Below are positions 54,680-64,000 of a stretch of 64,000 bases of DNA, in pieces (the stretch's first letter is position 1; every line of letters starts with the position of its first letter). The stretch comes from Paraspadella gotoi (Eukaryota > Animalia > Chaetognatha): positions 18,107,729-18,171,728 of the forward strand of contig CM119264.1 of assembly GCA_051294375.1 (NCBI GenBank), read 5' to 3'. A program made the position numbers and the translations under genes. Under the pieces are notes generated by a model. The model was given only the letters and a program-made list of their open reading frames with translations. It ran no database searches and was not told the DNA's origin.

Positions 54680-56493
54680 CTTATGAAAAAAAAGTCTCCT
54701 TAAACGTGAAACGTTGGATACAAAAGTCTTTTTGGTCACCAACGAAATCAACTCGCCTGTAAATTGGGATGCACGATGGCGCCGACGTGCCAAGGATTAT
54801 CGGCTCCGCTTAGCGGCGAGGGGAAGGGAACCGTCCGGATCGTCGAAAAGACCTCGAGTTCTCCGGCCAGCGACTCCACGCCCGAATTGAGCTCATCGAG
54901 GAAGTCGAGAATCATCCCGACCACGAGACGTTGCTTAGCAACCGCGTCGGCTCTTTAAATAAAAAAAAGTTTACAATTTTAGAAACAGAGAAGGAAAACT
55001 CTCGAAAAATTCCCTGACACCTGAGAACCCCATGAGGTTGCGGTCCCACTTCGATCCCGACACCGAAGTTGGTCGTCAATGATTCGGTGTAATTGCTGGG
55101 AGTCGTCGAAGACTCTATGGCGAAGACGCCGCAGAGCAGCGGAGGGGAGGATTGGCGGCATCGACGCTGGAGGCAGGTAGTGACGGAGAGGATTGGGTAG
55201 ATAGAAAAAAATATAATATAATAAACTAGTCGCAAAGTGTCTTACGTAGATTGAAATTTGAAAGGAATTAAACAACAGTTCACGAAGGTGGGCGATGGAG
55301 AAAAATTTCTTAGGGTTTTGAATTGACTCACCATGACAAGTCGCGCTACATGAAGTGACAACAAGCTTCTTCGATTTCTTACGGCCCATTCATTGATTGT
55401 CTCGGATTCGCCCTGATCCATGTAACTTAAAATAAACATAACAAAATTCGTATCACAAGAAAACTATTGTCACTGGAAGACTAGTTGGATTGTTCAGTTT
55501 TACAGAATACCAGAGACACAAAAGAAAATCCTAACTAAAAACATTCTTTTATTTGCAACTGCCATACTCTTATTGGCTATCTCACGTGATGATGATCATG
55601 ACGCCCACGTTGGACGTCGTGTTGTGACAGTCGATCAGGAAATCGGTTTTTCCGCCGCCGTGAGCCGCTTTGATTTCCTCCGCCCGCATTTTCTCGTAAG
55701 TCTTCACGCCGTCACGTGACTGAAACAGTATCGGGCTTCGCACTTAATCTGTTTTACACTAGTAGTTAAACAGTATATAAAAATGAGCTTTTTTTAATAA
55801 ATTTTGATTATATTTGAGTTTTTTCATGATTAAAAAAACTTCGTTTCCGAATCAGTAAAAGTAAAAACGTTAGATTCGGAAATTAATATTTGTAAATTAT
55901 TTATATTTTATTTAAATTGTCTATAATAATTGATATCTTGTGGACGAACATCTAGAACCCGCAACCTCGGGTCAAACCACTTGACCTTACCGAACTTCCC
56001 TCGCTCATTTCCCCAACCTATTTATGGTCAAAACGTGACCTTTATGGTCAAACGTGAGCCTTTGTAATACATTGTAATAGACTAGCATCTGAGCATTTTG
56101 ACTGTTATGTTTATAACGTTGTTGAAGAATAAAATCATTCTTACTCTGAAACTTGTTGCGTCCACACGTGGTGAGCCGAGGTTGCGTGTTCCTAGAATGT
56201 TCGTCACAATCTAATTATTATTTTGTCACTACCTCTCGTCTTCCTCTCCGAAAGCACGATTGAGGTCCTCCTCTGTGTATCGTCGACAGACTCGCGCCGC
56301 CCGAGGGTTTCCTACATCCACGACCGCTTGGACCCGGCGCCGACGCAACTCGACGGCGCCTCCGGCGTCGACCAGTGACGCGCCAGAAAGAGGCCACTCA
56401 TCTCGTTGCCGTGAGTCCGCCGAGAAAAGAACTCGGCTCGGCCGAGGGATCTGGACGTTTCCGCCGAGTCCAGTTTTCGGATTCACCGGACAT
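54452..56493 (-). CDS. ASPA-like: Aspartoacylase / aminoacylase-3 family Zn-dependent amidohydrolase (ASPA/ACY3-like), 6 coding exons, ~350 aa; join(56233-56493, 55586-55719, 55332-55425, 55021-55166, 54757-54952, 54452-54679)
   Basis: Manual minus-strand translation gives the family motifs in order: GGTHGNE, NPRA..CRRY..DLNRAF, YE..RAEEI, DCHNTTSN, GIEVGPQPHGVLRAD, IVHPNLQ|DRDYQ.L.PG.P.F, VYPVFINEAAYYEK. Splice sites and phases are consistent for introns 2-5. ASPA versus ACY3 orthology is unresolved. Confidence 0.95.
54757..54952 (-). CDS. ASPA-like exon 5
   Basis: Acceptor ttttttatttaaag; ADAVAKQRLVVGMILDFLDELNSGVESLAGELEVFSTIRTVPFPSPLSGADNPWHVGAIVHPNLQ; ends at the non-canonical donor CAG|gcgagt. 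Confidence 0.92.
55021..55166 (-). CDS. ASPA-like exon 4 (catalytic Glu motif)
   Basis: Acceptor cctccag; RRCRQSSPPLLCGVFAIESSTTPSNYTESLTTNFGVGIEVGPQPHGVL; donor AG|gtgtca. Confidence 0.92.
55332..55425 (-). CDS. ASPA-like exon 3
   Basis: Acceptor tttattttaag, donor gtgagt; in frame with exons 2 and 4; YMDQGESETINEWAVRNRRSLLSLHVARLVM. Confidence 0.85.
55586..55719 (-). CDS. ASPA-like exon 2
   Basis: Acceptor tgtttcag; encodes DGVKTYEKMRAEEIKAAHGGGKTDFLIDCHNTTSNVGVMIII, containing the third Zn-ligand His; donor gtgaga. One base appears missing near 55713 to match the phase-2 intron 1. Confidence 0.92.
55939..56208 (+). mobile_element. 270-bp TG..CA element (solo LTR or non-autonomous TIR element) in ASPA-like intron 1
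   Basis: Begins TGTGGACGAACA and ends TGTTCGTCACA; flanked by ATCT on both sides (55935-55938, 56209-56212); ~40-bp imperfect terminal inverted repeats; internal 2x ~20-bp tandem (tttatggtcaaaacgtgacc) and AATAAA near 56128. Confidence 0.8.
56233..56493 (-). CDS. ASPA-like exon 1 (frameshifted in this assembly)
   Basis: gccATG at 56493; FLGG / THGNEMSGLFLARHWSTPE / GAVELRRRRVQAVVDVGNPRAARVCRRYTEEDLNRAFGEEDE needs +1 base near 56416 and near 56360; donor AG|gtagtg at 56232. Start codon choice is an inference. Confidence 0.85.
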
Positions 56494-57908
56494 GGCTCCG
56501 AAATTCTTTTTTTCCAACAGGTTTTTTTATCTTCGGAAATAAAAGATTTTTCGGTTAAAAAGAAAATTTCACGAAAAATAAAAGAAGTTGTCAGGTCGGA
56601 AGATCAAGATAAGATTCTGATAACGGCTGATTTTTTTCAAACCGGTGTGGAAGACAGGCTCTTTGACTACAAGTGGCCACGGTAAAGACGAATTCTTTTC
56701 TACCTGACTCTCTCTGACCGATGGAGAGATTACACGGAACTCTCCCCATTCAAGAAGACAACTCGGCCGACGCAATGCAGCTCAAATCTCTTAATCTCAT
56801 TCACCAACGTTAGTATGACTGTTTTAATCGTTAAATAGCTTTTTAAAATTATACGTGTGTTGATTTTTTACGCTCGTCTCTTTCACTAATCGCGCCGAAA
56901 GAATTAAATTTGTATATTTATTTAAATAACGAGATTTCCTTAATATCTCAAAGCCTTCAAAAGATTCGAAATAAAAGATAATTATTGACGAGTGAATAAA
57001 ATAATGTAGTTTCTTCCTACTTGGTTGTTTAAAAAAGATTATTTGCTTATTCAAAGTTTTCCTTCATAAGTTTGTAGCGCTGAAAAAAAAAAATTTGAAA
57101 GAAAAAAGTGTTCGGATTTTTTCTTTCCCCGTTTTTTTTTCTGCGGTAAAATGGTTGTTATCTGGCCTCTTGACTTGACACCAGCGCCCCGGGTTCGGCG
57201 GCGGATTCATTTATAAACATTACGCGCTGCGGCCGCGATCAGAGAGAGAGAGAGAGAGAGATAGAGAGAGAGAGAAAGAGAAAGAGAGAGAGTGAGATAG
57301 ATGGTGGATTTTGTTTTAAGCTGGAAAATGCGCATGATTACTCCTTAATAGAAAAAAAAAGGAATCCGTGGCTGTCTAGTTTAGACTTTAAACCTCGTTT
57401 CAACGGTCAGTGACCGCCCTTGTTGTTTATAGAAACGCAGATAATGTGACGAGTAAAAATATAAAAACATTTTAAAACCTGCGTTTTTTATTATAATTTA
57501 TATTGATATATATTGCTGGCGCAATGATTGAACCCTTCATTCTTCCAACATAACATATTCCTTCATTCTCCATGTCAGGTTACGCGGTTTTCCGGACTTT
57601 CCTCTTCTCTAACACTATTCTTCCTATTTTTTTCACTCCTATTCGCCTCTTAACCCCCACTCGATGCACCCCCCTGCACCCCCCGAAGCTACGACACTCC
57701 CACTTTGGAGAGTTAAGAGATTCCGTCTCCATTCCACGTCTTCGGAGTAAAGGTTGCGTCAGCAGCAAATGAGAGGCCTGATAAGATGAAAGGGTCGACC
57801 CCGAGATCTCCCTGATGAGTTTCTCGCACCTGGGGCCTGAGTGCCGCCCCGTCTCTCCCTCTCTTTCTCACTCTCACTTACTCGACTACTCACTTTCTCG
57901 CTCTCTTT

Positions 57909-57941
<33 letters not shown>

Positions 57942-58020
57942 TGTACTTTTCTCTTATATTTTACAATTAAAATGCTGAAATTATCACTAGCTTTCCCTTT
58001 TTCGATTACGTGGCGAACCA

Positions 58021-58087
58021 GCAAGCAACAGCGTCGCGCAAGCAACAGCGTCCCTGCGTGCAACAGCGCCGCGCGAGCTCAAGCGTC
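58021..58087 (+). repeat. ~17-20-bp GC-rich tandem repeat, 3-4 degenerate units
   Basis: gcaagcaacagcgtcgc gcaagcaacagcgtccct gcgtgcaacagcgccgc. Confidence 0.65.
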
Positions 58088-59588
58088 GTCCCGATCGTCG
58101 ATCGTCTTTTGTTTCGCTCGACTTTTTTCACGCAACCGGATCACGACGCGCGCGCATTAGAGGATTATTGAGGTTGAAAAAGGTTAAGTCGTGGAAGGGA
58201 TAATGTAAGCTCGTGGCTCGATTCTTCGGATGGGGCCTCACTCGATGAGGCGCGATCAAAGGGGCAGAAGGCTCAGCCTCATCCAGGCGCGACGGCTTTA
58301 TTCTTATGCCGGGTCGGCGGCCGCGCCCTCCATCGCCTCTTAGATCCGCGCCACTCTCCGCCTTTTCTCTCCGATCTAGTTCTGCTCCTTTTTAACGCTA
58401 GATCCATTAATGCCGATTTCTCATTCTTTTCATTCTCATAGTTATACGTACTCATAATTAAGAATTTTATTCTGACTAGATCCTTTTTTTTAAAGTGGAA
58501 AATGCTTTGTTGAGGTTTTTTTTATTACTACATTGACAACGAACTCGTTATTCTCGTCGTAGCTTTTGATATTCCCCCACTTTCCTCCCATCCGCCGCGC
58601 TCCTTCTTTACACCCTCTCCATTCAATCAGTCCCTCTCTCCTTTCCTCGCTCTGGAAAATCGAGTCTGAGTCCATTGTCTTTCTTCCATTACCGCCTCGT
58701 GACAGCGTCGTGAGCTGGGCGCAGAAACTCCGCGGTGAAGAAAAAAAAAAGCGAAAATGCGCATTAGCAGAAGAAAGGCGCATTAGCAAAAGTGGCGCGG
58801 AAAAAAAGAAAGAGCGTTCAACTACAAAGTGGCGCAGAATGAGACGATAGCCGCGTCGCAGAGTGGTGCTGAAAAAGACGCGCTTACGGCGCCAACCCGC
58901 GAGGAAAAGACTCTCGCAAGGAAGCAAAGTGGCCCCGCGGCGCCGGCCCTGCGTAGCGCCGTCCGCAACGAGACGTTCGCGACGCCGAAACATCATTAAG
59001 TGTTTATGTCCGACGTTGACCGAAACGCGAGTCTGGAATAAAATGAGTGAAGGAGAGAAGTGAGCGGATGGAATGGATGAGCGATGATGAGAAATCCTCA
59101 ACAACGTGAGTTATAGAGGTTAACGTCAGAGTTAACATTAGTTACACATATACATTTTACAAGATTAGTTATATTTATACATATCTAATTTTATATCTAA
59201 AAGAGAAACTAATAGTATATAATAATAAAAACTTTTATCATACCTAAAACGGTAAGTTATACGGTGAAAATACGACGGAATCAAAACTGTTTAAAAAATT
59301 CGACAAAAAGGAACTGAATACGAATAGCGACGAGCGAGTGAAGAAATGCTAAGAAGTTCCGACGAGACATCCAACATTCCAACATCATTACTGAGAACCC
59401 AAAGAAAAACTAGAAAAAATGGGCGAAAAATAAGAGGAAAAAAAGAGAAAAGAAAGAGAAAGTTGAGAGACAGCGACGCCATCTGTCTTCCTTGTTTATT
59501 GTTTATAAAACAAAACGTTTATGGTGCTTTGTTTACGCACGAATTTCTCCTGTTTTTCGCCCTGACTCTCTGTATCTCTCTTGCACTA

Positions 59589-59626
<38 letters not shown>

Positions 59627-60289
59627 GGCGTGCGTCTCCCACTCCCCTTCATATGCATCTTCGCCAAACCTCCCCCGGTTAAAACGACTTGGAAAATGGT
59701 TTTCAAAAGGTTTTTTTTTCTTTTCCTTGAAAAGAGAGAAATTTTTTTTCTCTCCTCTCAACGGCCGAAAGAAAGAGAGTCATCCACAGGGTTGTTTTGC
59801 TGCCTTTGTCTGGTAGAATTTTCTGTCCTGTCTCGAGCCTGACTCTCTCTCTCTTTCTTTTTCTCCCTGTTTTTCTCTCTGTCCCTTGCTTTTCCCACAT
59901 TTAGTTTTTCTTTTAATTCTATTTTGATTTATAATTCTAGATTTGACCTTCTATTTATTTTCATAATAATCATTAATACCATTATTATTATTATTATTAT
60001 TCAGCTTTGAGCTCTATCTGTAGCTCTCTCTCTCTGGCCTCTCTTTGATTTCTCAATAGCTCACTCTTGTTTGCTCTGCTCTGCATTATTTTATTAAAAT
60101 CTCGTGATTTGGATGATTCTTATTTTTGAGAGGTGAAATGGCTTCGCCCAGTGAAAATCTACAAGGTCAACAAATTAGGTTAGAGCAAGTGCCTCAAACA
60201 ATGGTTTTTAATACAATCTCCCACAAATGAAATNNNNNNNNNNNNNNNNNNNNNNNNNNNNNTCATTATTATCAAAAATGATTTCTGGT

Positions 60290-60335
60290 GTTGTTGTTAT
60301 TAATATTATTATTATTCTTATTATTATTCTTATTA

Positions 60336-60369
<34 letters not shown>

Positions 60370-60453
60370 NNNNNNNNNNNNNNNNNNNNNNNNNNNNNNN
60401 NNNNNNNNNNNNNNNNNNNTTATTATTATTATTATCATTATTATTATTATTAT
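60290..60453 (+). repeat. (ATT)n microsatellite spanning an N gap
   Basis: Direct inspection. Confidence 0.92.
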
Positions 60454-60916
60454 CCTTTTTCTTTCACATTTTTCTTTCTTTCATTAGCATATGTTTCTAA
60501 CATTGAGAAATTAACAATTTTAACATTCATCAATTGCTAACCACTTTTTCTTTCTTAATTCTCCCTCTGTCCATCTTTTACCCTTGAAATCAGCAGCGCC
60601 TTAAAGCTTAGAACAATGGCGCCCCCCGTCTTTACCACTTTCTCTTTCATCCTATNNNNNNNNNNNNNNNNNNNNNNNNNNNNNNNNNNNNNNNNNNNNN
60701 NNNNNNNNNNNNNNNNNNNNNNNNNNNNNNNNNNNNNNNNNNNNNNNNNNNNNNNNNNNNNNNNNNNNNNNNNNNNNNNNNNNNNNNNNNNNNNNNNNNN
60801 NNNNNNNNNNNNNNNNNNNNNNNNNNNNNNNNNNNNNNNNNNNNNNNNNNNNNNNNNNNNNNNNNNNNNNNNNNNNNNNNNNNNNNNNNNNNNNNNNNNN
60901 NNNNNNNNNNNNNNNN

Positions 60917-60951
<35 letters not shown>

Positions 60952-63451
60952 TTGAGGGCTGTATGCCTCCCAGTTTTTATCACCGTGCAGTCACTCCAAA
61001 AGCGGTTTTCGATATCTTATTATGGTGTTTTTGTTTTTGCTTGGCCGATTTTTGTTGTCGAGTCGCTCGTTTCCTCGAATCGAACTTTATTTCTTTCTGA
61101 GACAATGAGAATTTGATTTTATTCTCACTTTCAGTCAATAATCTTATGTTCAATTCATATTTTCTGTTTTTCCCTTCGCATTCATCTCGACCAATGAGCT
61201 TCTTCGAAAAATCCCGGCCAAAATGTGATGAGAATCTTGTTGTTCTCATAACCCAACCTTTTTCTCTTCGCTCATTGCCAAATCTGCCAGCCGCCAAAAA
61301 ATTATCTTTCTCTCTCTNNNNNNNNNNNNNNNNNNNNNNNNNNNNNNNNNNNNNNNNNNNNNNNNNNNNNNNNNNNNNNNNNNNNNNNNNNNNNNNNNNN
61401 NNNNNNNNNNNNNNNNNNNNNNNNNNNNNNNNNNNNNNNNNNNNNNNNNNNNNNNNNNNNNNNNNNNNNNNNNNNNNNNNNNNNNNNNNNNNNNNNNNNN
61501 NNTCTTTATGCGATTTTTTATGACCATCAGCAGTAAGCCGGGACCGCGCCGACGCCGTCGCTAACCCCGCCGACGCCGCCAGTACGGAGAAGCGGCGCTA
61601 AATACGCGCGCGAGAGAGAGAGAGTGATACAAAGCGCTAGAGTTGGTGAGAGAGACATACAAAGAAAAAGAAGGAGATGAAGAGAGAGAGAGAGAGNNNN
61701 NNNNNNNNNNNNNNNNNNNNNNNNNNNNNNNNNNNNNNNNNNNNNNNNNNNNNNNNNNNNNNNNNNNNNNNNNNNNNNNNNNNNNNNNNNNNNNNNNNNN
61801 NNNNNNNNNNNNNNNNNNNNNNNNNNNNNNNNNNNNNNNNNNNNNNNNNNNNNNNNNNNNNNNNNNNNNNNNNNNNNNNNNNNNNNNNNNNNNNNNNNNN
61901 NNNNNNNNNNNNNNNNNNNNNNNNNNNNNNNNNNNNNNNNNNNNNNNNNNNNNNNNNNNNNNNGAGAGAGAGAGAGTCAGAGATTAAAAATAACGTAGGC
62001 TACCGGCGCGCAATTGCACGCGCAGAACTTGCACGCGCGCCAGAGGGCGAAAGCGAGGACCAACCCACGACTGATGAACCCAGACGGCGACCCGGGGCAG
62101 ACTTGATCGTCATGACTACGACGACGACGACGACGACGATCGAACGAGGAAGACGCCGACGATGTTGATGGTGATGCTGATGAGTTTTGTAATTCGAAAT
62201 ACATAACTCGCTATTCTTTAAGTGAAAGAAGACCTTTTCCCCCCTTTTTATATTTCCGACACTCTTGCCGCTCCAAGTTCGACCCTCTCTCTCTCTCTCC
62301 CTCTCTCTCTCTTCCGCTCTCCATTTTTTACCAAAGCGCCATCAAAAGGCGATATATGATATTCTTGTTGGCTCCGCTCCCCGCCGCTTGTCGTCCCAAC
62401 TCCATCTTCCTCATCTTCCCCGCTTGAGGCGCTATTTCTCAATTATTCCTGTCAGTCTTCATTTGTTATGCCTTTTGGGCGACGGTCTCNNNNNNNNNNN
62501 NNNNNNNNNNNNNNNNNNNNNNNNNNNNNNNNNNNNNNNNNNNNNNNNNNNNNNNNNNNNNNNNNNNNNNNNNNNNNNNNNNNNNNNNNNNNNNNNNNNN
62601 NNNNNNNNNNNNNNNNNNNNNNNNNNNNNNNNNNNNNNNNNNNNNNNNNNNNNNNNNNNNNNNNNNNNNNNNNNNNNNNNNNNNNNNNNNNNNNNNNCTT
62701 CTCCCTCTCTCTCTTCCTCCCTTTTTCTCTTCCTCTCTCGTCGCAAATTGTTTTTCATATCTCGTTCGTGGGATCGCGGACTTAAGGGGTCACCTTCAAC
62801 AGAACTTTCTTATTTTTTTTCCGATAGTTTATGATATAAATTTTATTTTAATCACTCGCTCTACTCTTTATAAGAAAAGTAATTATTCCATCCTAATCAG
62901 ATCGTCTCATCCCAATTCTTTCTTTCATTTCATTTTCTCGTCTCCTCTTTGAAAACTTTTTTCATTCNNNNNNNNNNNNNNNNNNNNNNNNNNNNNNNNN
63001 NNNNNNNNNNNNNNNNNNNNNNNNNNNNNNNNNNNNNNNNNNNNNNNNNNNNNNNNNNNNNNNNNNNNNNNNNNNNNNNNNNNNNNNNNNNNNNNNNNNN
63101 NNNNNNNNNNNNNNNNNNNNNNNNNNNNNNNNNNNNNNNNNNNNNNNNNNNNNNNNNNNNNNNNNNNNNNNNNNNNNNNNNNNNNNNNNNNNNNNNNNNN
63201 NNNNNNNNNNNNNNNNNNNNNNNNNNNNNNNNNNNNNNNNNNNNNNNNNNNNNNNNNNNNNNNNNNNNNNNNNNNNNNNNNNNNNNNNNNNNNNNNNNNN
63301 NNNNNNNNNNNNNNNNNNNNNNNNNNNNNNNNNNNNNNNNNNNNNNNNNNNNNNNNNNNNNNNNNNNNNNNNNNNNNNNNNNNNNNNNNNNNNNNNNNNN
63401 NNNNNNNNNNNNNNNNNNNNNNNNNNNNNNNNNNNNNNNNNNNNNNNNNNN

Positions 63452-63756
63452 TTTAAAAAAGCTTTTCACAATTTCCTGTGAATAAATTCATCCTCAAACC
63501 GTTAGAAAATACAATTCTATACTATTCTATTAGATGGAAATTACTTTCTGCGTGACAATTCACNNNNNNNNNNTTTATAAATCTTTTCCTAGAATCTCCT
63601 GTACTGTTTTTTTTGTATGTTTTTTTATTTTTTATTTTTACCGTTTTAAAAATGCTTTTCACAATTTCCTGTGTTTAAATTCATCCTCAGACCGTTAGAA
63701 AATACAATTCTATACTATTCTATTAGATTGAAATTACTTCCTGCGTGACAATTCAC
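63452..63756 (+). repeat. Short tandem/satellite-like repeat (~112-bp shared segment, period ~190 bp)
   Basis: 63452-63563 and ~63645-63756 are near-identical, differing by a few substitutions; adjacent to N gaps. Confidence 0.8.
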
Positions 63757-64000
63757 ATCGAAATTAATAAGCAAATTATAAATAGAAACAAAACTGACTT
63801 CGTCTCGTGCCTCAAGCGAAACTGTTGCTTTTCAGTAAAGTATCCTTCAGTTCAGAACAGAGAAGAAATCGAATCTCTGAAAAAGAGAATATGAATGGGA
63901 AAAGAGGAAAGAAGAACAAGGAAGGGGTAAGTGAGGAAAGGAGGAAGAAAGGGAGCAGTTCCATCGCGAGAGGGACGAAGAATTTATGAATAGAATAAAA

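Noticed and set aside
56260-56685. 141-aa plus-strand ORF as an antisense protein (e.g. SPATA22-like, by analogy with the mammalian ASPA locus)
   Set aside because: Mostly the antisense shadow of GC-rich exon 1, with a non-ATG start and no resemblance to SPATA22 as I recall it.
57776-57845. Hammerhead-ribozyme-like words (CTGATAAG..GAAA, CTGATGAG) with palindromes gggtcgaccc and gagatctc
   Set aside because: No GAAA follows CTGATGAG with a closing stem II, and the upstream arrangement lacks the CUGANGA core and the U-H cleavage site.
58490-59104. 204-aa minus-strand ORF and Arg-rich plus-strand ORFs
   Set aside because: No recognisable domain, non-ATG starts, and the region contains loosely repeated gcgcattagca / aagtggcgc words.

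Overview
Eukaryotic, almost certainly invertebrate-animal, draft scaffold: gene-poor, rich in (CT/AG)n, (GAC)n, (TTTC)n and (TTTA)n microsatellites, with many N gaps. One gene is well supported: a 6-exon aspartoacylase/aminoacylase-3 family (M14-type Zn amidohydrolase) gene on the minus strand at 54452-56493. It has a GC-AG last intron, an acidic residue in place of aspartoacylase Arg168, a ~15-aa insertion and at least three single-base frameshifts near its 5' end. About half the window is three near-identical tandem duplications (7.7-24.7 kb, 25.8-28.8 kb, 32.0-45.1 kb). Their copies differ mainly by scattered 1-bp indels, and two are split by exactly 25 N, so they are most likely long-read gap-filling artefacts. 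Mobile DNA: a 270-bp TG..CA element with a 4-bp TSD and ~40-bp terminal inverted repeats in intron 1, two Helentron/HINE-like ends, a putative tRNA-derived SINE and a possible decayed 2.3-kb TIR element. Almost all supplied ORFs are translated microsatellites or N runs. I found no convincing novel multi-gene system. Comparisons with human and mouse proteins and introns are from memory, not from a search.
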